A model generated the notes under the pieces. The model saw only the letters and a list, made by a program, of their open reading frames with translations, searched no databases and was not told where the DNA came from. Of a stretch of DNA of 64,000 nt, positions 38,562-49,687 are shown piece by piece. Within the stretch, counting starts at the first letter, position 1; each line of letters opens with the position of its first letter. This DNA is from Octopus sinensis (lineage: Eukaryota). The position numbers and the translations under genes were made by a program. The stretch is taken from assembly GCF_006345805.1 (NCBI RefSeq), contig NC_043002.1, forward strand, positions 62,558,001 to 62,622,000. The letters are read 5' to 3'.

Positions 38562-38750
38562 AAGGCAACGAGCCGGCAGAATGCATACCAGTATTTCGCT
38601 ACGTACTGAGTTCAAATTCCAACTAGATCGACTTTGCCTTTCATCCTTCTGAGGTCGATAAATTAAGTACCAGTTGAGTACTGGGGTCGATGTAATCAAC
38701 CGTTTACCATACCCACCAAATTTCAGGCCTTATGCCTATAGTAGAAAGGA
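38562..38750 (+). mobile_element. SINE family B
   Basis: aaggcaacgagccggcagaa..gagttcaaattcc..tttgcctttcatccttctgaggtcgataaattaagtacc. Confidence 0.85.
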
Positions 38751-38765
38751 TTATTATTACTATTA

Positions 38766-38805
<40 letters not shown>

Positions 38806-38850
38806 CATCATCATTATTGCTGTTGTTGTTGTTGTTATCATTATTTGTTA

Positions 38851-38966
<116 letters not shown>

Positions 38967-39119
38967 TTTATAGGTTTGAGGTAACTTCTATATCTTCTGG
39001 AGGAGTTACCTCAATCCTATAAAGATTAACCAAAATGAAGTAGATTGACACGTTTATTTTTTAAACCTGTGGAAGACACAGGAAATATCGTTCACTAGAT
39101 AACAATGGCACGCTTCTTC

Positions 39120-39403
39120 TTTTTTTGCAATTATTATTGTCAGTATGAAAGGAGCCATTTAAAAAAGGTATTACAAAAGGAGAAAGGGGCTCTCTACCCC
39201 ACTTTTGACCAGGCTCCCGTTGGCTTTTATGGGTTTCCCCACCAGGAACCTTTCATAACGCCTCCCCCTATTGGGAGATTTTCGTTGTTACACTGTTTTT
39301 ACACGTTTTTTTACAAACGGACAAAACCCTTTGTAACCTTTCGTCGTGTTTTGTCCCTTTATGTTTTAATTAATTTTTGTCAGCCCTTGTGGCCAATAAA
39401 ATA

Positions 39404-39410
<7 letters not shown>
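39120..39410 (+). mobile_element. Possible LINE 3' UTR and tail
   Basis: Ends in gcccttgtggccaataaaataatt followed by (ATT)n, resembling the SINE B terminus. No coding motif was verified. Confidence 0.3.
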
Positions 39411-39451
<41 letters not shown>

Positions 39452-40220
39452 GGCGGTGAGCTGACAGGACAATATGCTTTGCTGCATTTCGTCTGTCTGC
39501 ATATTCTGACTTCAAATTCTACCAAGGTCGACTTTGCCTTTTCACCTTAAAATCAGCACCAACCGAGCAGTGAAATCAGATGCACTCGACCATTCTTCCC
39601 CCACCAAAAAGACCTTGTGTGCGCGCGTATTTGTAGAAAAGACTATTATGATTTTGATCTGAAAGCGTTTCAGAAGTGACATATTTTTCATGTGAATGGC
39701 AAAGAATTACTTTGGCAGCAAAATGCCATTTTTATGAATCTACGTCGTCTTCCCACTTCGCCCTTTCAGACTCGCAGAATGCATTTAGATTCCTTTGTAA
39801 AAGGATCCACTTGAAGAATTACATTGATGATTCTAGCGAATAAATGATAGCATATTAGCCGTTGATGCTGATGTCTAGAATAAAGAAAGTACCACTTATT
39901 TGGGGCCTATTCAAACTTCAGTGCCACATGTATTCCTATATATATTTTATGTCCACAATTTTTTTAACGATCTTTTGCATGTATAGGGTCGTGTCGTAAA
40001 CCTGAATAAAATACGAATAGTCAATATCTTTTCTCCAAGATATCGAATGGAAGTTACTACTTTGCAACAATACAAGAATGAGAATTGCAATACATGAATA
40101 CATATAGTATGCAATGGCTTCTGTACAATTTACCAATAAGTAGGCAATTATCTCTCTCTGTCTCTTTCTCTCTCTCTGTATGTATATATATATATATTAT
40201 ATATATATATATATATATAT

Positions 40221-40305
40221 CTTCTTTCCTGAGCGTCCAATAACACTATACTTGTTCCACGTCCACGCACTGTTGTGTTTTCTCTTTGTGTTTTTATGTT
40301 TGGAT

Positions 40306-40312
<7 letters not shown>
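40221..40312 (+). mobile_element. Family H2 element, 3' part only (no hammerhead), between (TA)n tracts
   Basis: Closely matches 2921-3010. Confidence 0.8.
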
Positions 40313-40361
<49 letters not shown>

Positions 40362-40364
<3 letters not shown>

Positions 40365-40609
40365 GGAACAATAGAGGGCATTAAAACGTTCGGACAGATA
40401 GACGATAAAAAGGCGGACAAGGGAAACAACAATTAGAAAGACAAGCAAAAAAAGATGGGTCATTCTTGAATTTCTTTCATCAGTCAAGTACCAGGAGTCA
40501 CGACCATTTCGGGCAGTTACACTTGAGATGGTTCGATCTGGTTGCTCCCCAAAAAGACAAAGCTAAGATCATAAGACCCCTTTGTAAGAAAGCTAGCGAA
40601 TGATGTGTA

Positions 40610-40612
<3 letters not shown>
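40362..40612. mobile_element. Short (TA)n-flanked interspersed element
   Basis: The left part (aaatggaac..tagacgata..cggaca..gggtcat) recurs diverged at 61478-61566. The minus strand contains CTGATGA without a full hammerhead. Confidence 0.45.
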
Positions 40613-40648
<36 letters not shown>

Positions 40649-42254
40649 TGTGTGTTTCTCAATTTTTTTCCGATCCCTCTTTTTATTGTAATCAAATGTT
40701 TGTGCTGTATATTACCTCACTCCCTCCATCTTATTGATAATGCTGATATCATTGCACGGGTGCCACAGGTCACATGTCAAAATGATCACAAATCAACGTA
40801 AAATGAAGTGTTTTGCTCAATAAGGTAGAGTATAGTCCCGCCCAGGAATCGAAACCACGATCTCGCGATCTTAAAAACTGACCTTGTGCCTAAATAACTT
40901 AATATCTATAGAAATTATGCACAATTCACGGCTACTATCAATAAACCAGACTTGATTGTGAGCATTCACAATAACCAAAAGAAATATTTGCGCTCTTAAG
41001 TATTTGATAGTATACTCTTGATTGTGATGTTGCATTTTCTGTTTAACTCTTCAAATGGTGTTGTGCAAATTGTTCTCTCACCTTATAATTAAGAGATTGT
41101 TTATCACAATTCAAGGTATTCTTTATAGTCATGTAAAACAAATGTTTTAGCTTGCATTCAAGTTGATTCCGTCACATTAGTAACAAAAGTGGACTCTTTC
41201 ACATGAACTGTGAAAACAACAAGAAGGGATTTTGATTGACTTTTTACTCAAACCCTTGGGGAAAATCACCTTTAATTGCCTCCTCTGCAAATAATATGTG
41301 GAAGGTCGCGAATTGCGAGTACGTTAAGTATTTTCATTAAATTTCTTTAAGAAATTCTTGTTATTCAAAAATGGAAATGACGCAGTAGACTTACTTAAGC
41401 CATTCTCTCCTTTTTAGTAGTTAAGTCATCGACGACTTATCTCTGCTATTCTCGACTCTGATCTGTCTTCGTCCAGGCTTTGAATTATCATTGATGCTTC
41501 AGTAATTTTGCTTTTTACTTGTCAGGAGTGTTAAACCTATGCAGACACATTTTGTATCCCTGGGTGGAGGTAGTCCATATCAGTTTGGCCTCTATTTTTA
41601 TTTTGATCTGTCAACCATTGGAGGCACCTAAAGAAGTTCGTACTTCAGTGACATAGCTCTGATGATAACTGCAGCGACGACCCGTCGCATCGCAGCAAGG
41701 ACAAGATTTTGTGATGAAATGACATAGAAGAACAAAAGAATGATTGTTTTTAAAGCAAGAAATATTTTATTAATTATATTTTAAAATTTTCTTTTAGAAA
41801 TTTCCATTATGAGGGGCGGTGCGATAAACTATTGACGTCTTCATGGAAGACGTCAGTAATAGAAGTTTGTTGATCCCTGGATAGAAATGGTTGAAAGTAG
41901 TCCGTGTGATTTGAATCCACATTTTCTCTGATCATAACAGACGTTCTCCTATTGGATCAAAACAATTCTTTGAATTCCTCCACCCATTTTAGGAACTTTC
42001 TTGCTATCACCGGCAATTTTACGTTGTTGACGCCAATAAGAATTTAGAAATTTCGACAGAACTTTGTGAAACACGATGCAGATGAAGCTTGTGTGTGTAT
42101 ATTAGTGTTTATACATATGACAAGGCCATATATATGGAGTGCCATGTTAGCTTGGCGATAACTATTAATACGCAGTACTGCTGCCGCAGTTTCCTTTATA
42201 GAGATTTAGAAATAATAATAATAATCATAATAATAATAATAATAACAACACTTT

Positions 42255-42399
42255 TTTCTCTCCTTGTTTTTTTCTTTCCCTTTCTGTAGAAGCGTGTAAG
42301 CTTGAAACGTAAAAGACTTTTTCAATTCCTGAGCGTTATACTCATACATCTGTTTTTGTACACCACCTGTCTTCGTCTTTTGTTTTTTTCGTGAACGCT

Positions 42400-42405
<6 letters not shown>
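42255..42405 (+). mobile_element. Hammerhead-type element, family H3 (related to H2), degenerate core, ending in (TA)n
   Basis: CUUU-CUGUAGA-AGC(GUGUAA)GCU-U-GAAA-CG-UA-AAAG at 42280-42315. It shares the downstream ttcctgagcgt with H2. Confidence 0.55.
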
Positions 42406-42497
<92 letters not shown>

Positions 42498-44512
42498 CTT
42501 GCTTCAAAAAATACAGTTTTATTTATTCATTCACTTAATATTTATTCAGCTTGTAAACTTAGTAGTAAAAGTATCACTCGAATAGTATTTAATGTTATCT
42601 TCATCATCTTGTTTTGTAATTTCAGGCCACTCTATTATATCGTAATAACTGGTTTCTCTAACTCTTAAACTTAATAGAAATAAATCCAATTTATTGTTCG
42701 CATCTGGTTTTATAAGTCTAAAGTAAACCGGATAATGAATTTATCAAAGGCTTTCGTAGAATTATCCTTTATCATGCGAGGATGAATTGTTATTGATGAC
42801 ATAACTAATTATAGTCACTTCTGAAGCGTGAAAATTGTTGTAAATCCGTAATTTTAAGGAGTGAATATCGAACCGTAGTCATCTTTTACAATTTTGTAGT
42901 TGTCAACTAACGAAGCCGTTTCATCCACTGTTTATAATAAGTGGGAAGAACACAGCTACACAGGACTCTGTGATCTTATATAATTATATTTCTATTGTTT
43001 CTCTTCGCCCGAACGTATAAAATCTTTCAATTTCCACTGTTAATGTTACAATATAAGACAATTTTAGAGCATCTAATACAACAACAATAACAAAAATGGT
43101 TTCAGATTTTGGCACCAAGCTAGCAATTCTGAGGGAAGTTGCAAAACGAAAACATTGACTCCAGTGTTCAAATGGTACTTATTTCGAAATGATGGCAGGC
43201 CTCTGTGGAATTTGAACTAAAAACATCAAGAACACACAGAAACGCTGCTGAACATTTAGTCCGACGCGCTAACGGTTCAACCAGTTCCCTGCTTTGCAAA
43301 TACCTAATAACCCCGTGTAGTATAGACACAAAGCCTGGAATTTTGAGAGAGTGGGCAAGTTCTCAATACTTCAAAGATACATATTTTATCAGTTCTAAAA
43401 TGATGGGAGTCGACCACAGCAGTATTGGAACTCGAAACGTAAAACCGGAAGAAATTCTCCCAAGCATTTCGTCAGGGAAACTATCGATTCTTTTCCGTTT
43501 CACATGCCAGATATATTTATCTTTTCGAATTTTCTACACGGACGTAATTCTTCATTCTAACTGCGAAAATCATAATCATTTTTGGAGAAACTAAAAACAA
43601 AAGTTATGAGTGCTTAAATAGTGAATGCTTTATTTAAATTCCAGCCAATCAAATGTGGCCATTTCCGATTCACTAGAAGTCGCAATTGTCTTTACATTTT
43701 GCCATTTTGTTTTGCTTTTGAAGATACGATATAATACTAAATCATTCTACGGTAACGTATATCGTTCTGTGGGAAACACTACATCGTTTACTAGTTACAA
43801 AGTGTCCCCACACACTTCTCAAATTCTTCACTCGTCCGCTAAAGATGACTTTCCAATTTCTTGTTTTTCTACGTTTGTTTAACAATGTTCGCTCACGCTA
43901 ATTCAATATCTTGTTAAGCGAATGCATGTCAATTCCAAAGCTCAGTGTGTCGAAATAACCGCATGATATTGGTTGAAATTCCAAAGAATTTCAGCTTTTA
44001 AAGGGTTATAAATTCATTTAAAATTTCTCCCTAATATGTGTAAGATTTTTGTGATTAACAAGAAATCTATGGCAGTCCAGATTTTTTCCTTTTAATAAGC
44101 AAATAAATATCGGCTCTGGTGTGCGAAACGAAAACAGCGCAAATAACTTAAGATTCAAAAATAGCTTCCAAGGAAGTGTTAAATATGTAAATATATCTAT
44201 CCGGCTTACTTTAACCATTGATATCTATTATGAATTTATAATCGTTGTGTCTGTGGATTGTTAAAGAAGTTCCTTTGCTGCTGACGAAACTCCAAACAGA
44301 ACTGAAATGTACGCAACATACAGCTGTTCCGTCATTTTCTGTTCACATACATAATGTGCGGTTAAAAGACATGGCGTTTAAAATCGTCGTGACATAGTTT
44401 TGGCTAAGGATCTCTAAATATGTTTTATTGCACATTATGGTATCGTCTTTTCGCATGTGACAACAATACAGCAACCATAATTGATTCCCCATACTTTGCA
44501 CAAGGAGGGTCA

Positions 44513-44658
44513 TACAGTTCTATATTGAAGAGATGGGGAATTATGTACATTATTTACATTTGACGGATATTTGTCCTCATCATGTTTGTTGTTAACACAA
44601 CATTTCTTGGGGAAATTTCGGTTCTGGGTTCTCATTCCTAAGGTATTTTTCGATGTTG

Positions 44659-44710
<52 letters not shown>

Positions 44711-44776
44711 TGTCATTGCTTGGAATCGAACTCAGAATCTTGTGGTTAGTAGCCCGCGCTCTTAACCACTACGCCA
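44513..44776 (-). mobile_element. Hammerhead-SINE family H1, full length, with the ribozyme core deleted
   Basis: tRNA-like head at 44707-44776, then an (ATT)n spacer and the body. The reverse-complement junction ccaaga|aatgttgtgttaac lacks cacCTGATGA..CAGCCGA. Confidence 0.88.
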
Positions 44777-44822
44777 AGTTCGATTCCAGGCAGTAACCTG
44801 AATAATGATAATCTTAAAAATC

Positions 44823-44865
<43 letters not shown>

Positions 44866-45081
44866 TAATAACATCATCAAAATATTAGGAAACTACACTC
44901 ATATTTTCTAGTAAATTATGCAAACTGGCAACACTTATGACATCATCCATGAGCAGCTCCCCATTCACTTTATACACTAAACTTCCCATTTGTCACCCCT
45001 ATTAACCCGTTTAGAACAGTTAGGTTTTGCTATAACACACATTTTCCACTAAACTCAACCAGAGTATTTTCTTGACTAGTT

Positions 45082-45160
45082 GAGCTCTGATTGGTTGTAT
45101 GCAAATGAGTTCATAACTGGAGTCCGGAACTCTCGTGGGAAAAAAAAATTTCGCGACCGG
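45082..45160 (+). repeat. Solo copy of the CCAAT/octamer arm
   Basis: gagctctgattggttgtATGCAAATgagttcataactggagtccggaactctcgtgggaaaa..ccgg. Confidence 0.8.
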
Positions 45161-45234
45161 GTTCAGCTTTAAAAGAACAGCACAACAGTAAAGTGAGGTC
45201 ATTGTTGTACAAATTATGATAGTACTGCATATAA

Positions 45235-45492
45235 CAGTCGTTCCCAACCTTCACTACCAAGGACCCCTTTTCTAAATGAGTTTTCCCACGGACCCTTTTT
45301 AATATGCTTATCCTTATGCACACACACACATATATATATTCTCTTTTACTCTTATTTGTTTCAGTCATTTGACTGCGGCCACACTTGAGCACCGCCTTTA
45401 GTCGAACAAATCGACCCCAAGACTTATTCTTTGTAAGCCTAGTATTTATTATTCTATCGGTCTCTTGTGCCGAACCGCTAGATTACGGGGAC

Positions 45493-45523
<31 letters not shown>

Positions 45524-45647
45524 TATGTATGTATATATATATATATATATATATATGAAATTTTGAATTTAGTTTACGGATCCCCACCCTCAAGTCTAAC
45601 CTTTCCGGACCACCAGGAGTCCGCGGACCTCAGGTTGGAGACCACTG
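45235..45647. mobile_element. hAT-superfamily MITE with a perfect 8-bp TSD
   Basis: TIRs CAGTCGTTCCCAACCT and the reverse complement CAGTGGTCTCCAACCT. TSD GCATATAA at 45227-45234 and 45648-45655. Confidence 0.92.
45339..45500 (-). mobile_element. SINE family A, 3' half, nested in the hAT MITE
   Basis: ctcttttactcttatttgtttcagtcatttgactgcggcc..gccgaaccgctagattacggggacg. Confidence 0.85.
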
Positions 45648-45879
45648 GCATATAAGATGATGACAGCATGTAACTGTAGCTTGACCTTTTGGTTAGTTAC
45701 AGGCCGACTCAACAAAAGATAGAAAAAAATAAAAGAAAGAAAGAAATAACACAAAGGCTTTTGTAGTTTCGAATCCAAGAAACCCATGTTCGTTATAATG
45801 ATTTTTTAAGGAAAAAGAAAGTTCAAAATATAAATTAAATATGTAAGGCTTACTCGGTCGTCCTTTGCAAGCTGTCGAC

Positions 45880-45941
<62 letters not shown>

Positions 45942-46568
45942 GCAAAAGGGAGTTGAAATATATTTTTAAAATGCGGTGAAAATGCCTCAAAATATTTTTA
46001 AAAAAACTGAAATCAACATTAATCCTTTCTTTCTACTATAGACGCAAAACTAGATCGATCCCAGTACTCAGCTGGTACTTTATTTCATCGAGCACGAAAG
46101 TATGCCGAGGCGGGATTTGAACTCAGAACATAATCACTGACCAAATGCCGCAGGACGTTTTTGTGCGGCACGCTAACGACTCTGCTAATTCACACAGCCT
46201 TTTAAATTAAATAACAACAACAGGTGTTACCCAACAATAAACAGCTGGGCTGATTTGAGAGCTGAGAGCTGATTGGTGTAATTGTAAGCTTTGGTGTCGC
46301 TGTTGTGAATCAGACACGACAAGGAAGGCACACAATCATACTGCGTTAGTCAGTCAGGCTTATTAGTAGCCTACTTGGTAGCTACTTCATACCTACTTAC
46401 CTGATATTTTTGTTGGTTAAATACTGTATATGTGTGTGTGTCGTTTAAGAGACACTTTGCATAAATAATATATTATACACTATATATTTTTTTATTAATC
46501 TCTCTATATTTTTAAAAACTTTTCTATCTACCATCAATGAACGCATACTAACTAATTCATCTTTATAT

Positions 46569-46617
<49 letters not shown>

Positions 46618-47479
46618 TTCAAATGTACTACAAGCTTGCCTGCACAGACGGATAACCTACAAGCTAAATGTAAATATACGTGTGACATGGCAGGATTAAT
46701 CGAAAGTGGCTTTTTTACGTGTTTAAAACTAAAAACAGAAGAAAGGAAGAAAGCAGAACGGAAATATAAAAACACACGCCTGTTTAATTATGCATTATGA
46801 TTAGTATATATCAAAATGACGAACTTTGCTGGGATTACAGATACTACTGCTGTTAATTATAAATCTGTACAGCACGAGGAGTCGATTAATTAAATCGACA
46901 AACCCCCTTTGCGCCAAATTCGTGCCCTTATCTTTATTTTTATTAAGTCAGAAGTTGTTTAAACTTTACCAAAATGGATTTTAAAAAATATCCCAAAGGT
47001 AAGATAAATTTCTGTTGTAATTTCATGTTGGACAATAACCGGTTTGTTTAGAAAAGACACTGTCATTCTTCTTCCCTGCCTTGAAATTTCTCTTTTTGTC
47101 CTAATTATTTGTCGGTTTGGTCGTTAATCTCTCATATTAGTAAGTTTAATTAGATGTATATTTTTTTATTGTTGAACGCACTTGCTTAAACTGAAAACTT
47201 CTACGACTTGAATATCGTGTTTAGTTGTTGTCACATATTATTTCAGTTTATCAGTACGGCCGCCCCTCCACCCTCTACTCTATGAATAATCTGTTCGTTA
47301 AAAGTTGAATTATTCTATCGTTTTGTCTTGGAATTTCTTTTATTCTCATCGACCCAGAATCAAAAAACAAAAACAACGAAAAGAATTACGAGCATTGATC
47401 AAATTTTCTACCGATCGTAATAGGCACATGTGTACGTGTGAGTGGATGTGTTTGTAGTTTGTTACATAAATATTTATAT

Positions 47480-48416
47480 ACATTTGTGTGTATATGTGTG
47501 TGTGTGTTTATATACGTGTGTTTTTATATGTGTGTGTATATGTGATATACATGTGTGTGTGTGTTTATATGTGTATCTGTGTTTATGTAAGCATATGTGT
47601 GTGTATATATATGTATGCATATGTGTGTGTATATATATGTATATATATGTGTGTGTATATATATGTATATATGTGTGTGTATATATATGTGTGTGTGTGT
47701 GTATATATATGTATATATGTGTGTGTGTGTATATATATGTATATATGTGTGTGTGTGTATATATATATGTATATATGTGTGTGTGTGTATGTATATATGT
47801 GTGTGTGTATGTATATATGTGTGTGGTGTGTGTATATATGTGTGTGTGTGTTTATATATGTATATATATGTGTGTGTGTGTTTATATATGTATATATATG
47901 TGTGTGTGTGTTTATATACGTGTGTTTTTATATGTGTGTGTATATGTGATATACATGTGTGTGTGTGTTTATATGTGTATCTGTGTTTATGTAAGCATAT
48001 GTGTGTGTATATATATGTATGCATATGTGTGTGTATATATATGTATATATGTGTGTGTGTGTATATATATGTATATATGTGTGTGTATATATATATGTGT
48101 GTGTATATATATGTATATATGTGTGTGTATATATATGTATATATGTGTGTGTGTGTATATATATATGTATATATGTGTGTGTGTGTATATATATATGTAT
48201 ATATGTGTGTGTGTGTATGTATATATGTGTGTGTGTATGTATATATGTGTGTGTGTGTGTATATATATGTGTGTGTGTGTTTATATATGTATATATATGT
48301 GTGTGTGTGTTTATATATGTATATATATGTGTGTGTGTGTTTATATATGTATATATATGTGTGTGTGTGTTTATATATGTATATATGTGTGTGTGTGTGT
48401 TCATATATGTATATGA
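47480..48416. repeat. Compound (TG/TA) minisatellite with a ~404-bp higher-order duplication
   Basis: The marker tatacgtgtgtttttatatgtgtgtgtatatgtgatatacatg..gtaagcatatg occurs at 47511 and 47915. Confidence 0.9.
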
Positions 48417-48418
48417 GT

Positions 48419-48640
48419 GCGGTGAGCTGGCAGAACCGTTGGGCGAAATGCGTAGCCGTATTTCGTCTGCTGTTACGTTCTGAGTTCAAATTCCGCCGAG
48501 ATCGACTTTGCTTTTCATCCTCTCGGGGTCGATAAATTAAGTACCAGTTACGCACTGGGGTAGATGTAATCGACTTTTATTCGTTTGTCTGTCCTTGTTT
48601 GTCCCCTTTATGTTTAGCCCCTTGTGGGTAATAAAGAAAC
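48419..48640 (+). mobile_element. SINE family B, full length
   Basis: gcggtgagctggcagaaccgtt ... tttagccccttgtgggtaataaagaaac. Confidence 0.9.
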
Positions 48641-49264
48641 ATATAGGTATATGTGTGCGTGTTTATATGAATATGTGTGTGTTCATACATGTTTATATAT
48701 GTGTGTGTGTGTAAAAGTATTCTTATTACTGCACCCGTCTCTAAACACTTACCGGCGAACTTTCGAAACGGAACAGCATTCGCTAACCCGGGGTGGGGGG
48801 AGAAAGAGACAAGGAATTGAGTGATTATTTCCTTTTACGATACAATTTTTTTTTCCTTTCTTTAAAAAATATCAACAACAGCAAAACAATCGAAACAAAT
48901 CAGTGTTTTACATTTTTGCTCTCAACCCTAATTCTTTGCCCTTTTCTTTTTTTTTTTCTTCTCCACGTTTATGTTGTCTGTGTGTCTTGTTACCATTTAC
49001 ACTCGTCTCGTAAAACGTGTGCAATTAATTATAAAAGAAACAAACCTACCCGTCACTTCGTTTCCTTACAGCTTAATCTAAATAAAATGGATGCTGCTGC
49101 TGTCCCATGCTGGAATCGGGGCCATCAAATGAGCTGTGACTAATATTAATTGTCGAGAGAGCCCACGGCTTGTATAGATATTCCTAGTAGACACCTACAC
49201 ACGTTAGTTGTTGCTTACGACGCTTCTGTTACTATGTGAGTGTGTAGGCCGTTTATTATTTTGT

Positions 49265-49469
49265 TTCGATCATTAGATTTCGGCCATGCTGGGGCACTGC
49301 CTACAAGATTTTTTTTCTTTTTTAAAAGCCTGATGCGTATTCTATCGGGCCCCTTTTTTTTTTTGCCTAACCGCTAGATTACAGGGACGTAAACACAACA
49401 ACAATTGTCAAGCGATGGTTGGGATTGACACAAGCACTTGCGTTTGTGCGCACGCGCACACACACACAC

Positions 49470-49538
<69 letters not shown>

Positions 49539-49687
49539 GTATGTGTATGTATGTATGTATATATATATATATATACACACACACGTGTGTGTGTATATAT
49601 ACACGTGTGCATATATATATATATATATATATACGCACACACACACATGACTGGCTTTTTCAATTTCCGCCTACCAAATCCACTCAT
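49265..49687 (-). mobile_element. SINE family A, partial and diverged
   Basis: tttcggccatgctggggcactgcc..ccgctagattacagggacgtaaacac..ttgtcaagcgatgg..tttcaatttccgcctaccaaatccactca. Confidence 0.75.

Noticed and set aside
41833-41855. 10-bp perfect hairpin TGACGTCTTC-ATG-GAAGACGTCA with CRE-like half sites
   Set aside because: A single short hairpin in probable decayed transposon sequence (a weak mariner-like VDSNHTDYF nearby). Not enough to call a regulatory element or terminator.
47442-48555. Longest ORFs in the track (312-343 aa; CVYI/HTYI repeats)
   Set aside because: These are translations of TG/TA microsatellite, which lacks stop codons in several frames. The same applies to the ORFs at 13388, 36195 and 61544-63229.
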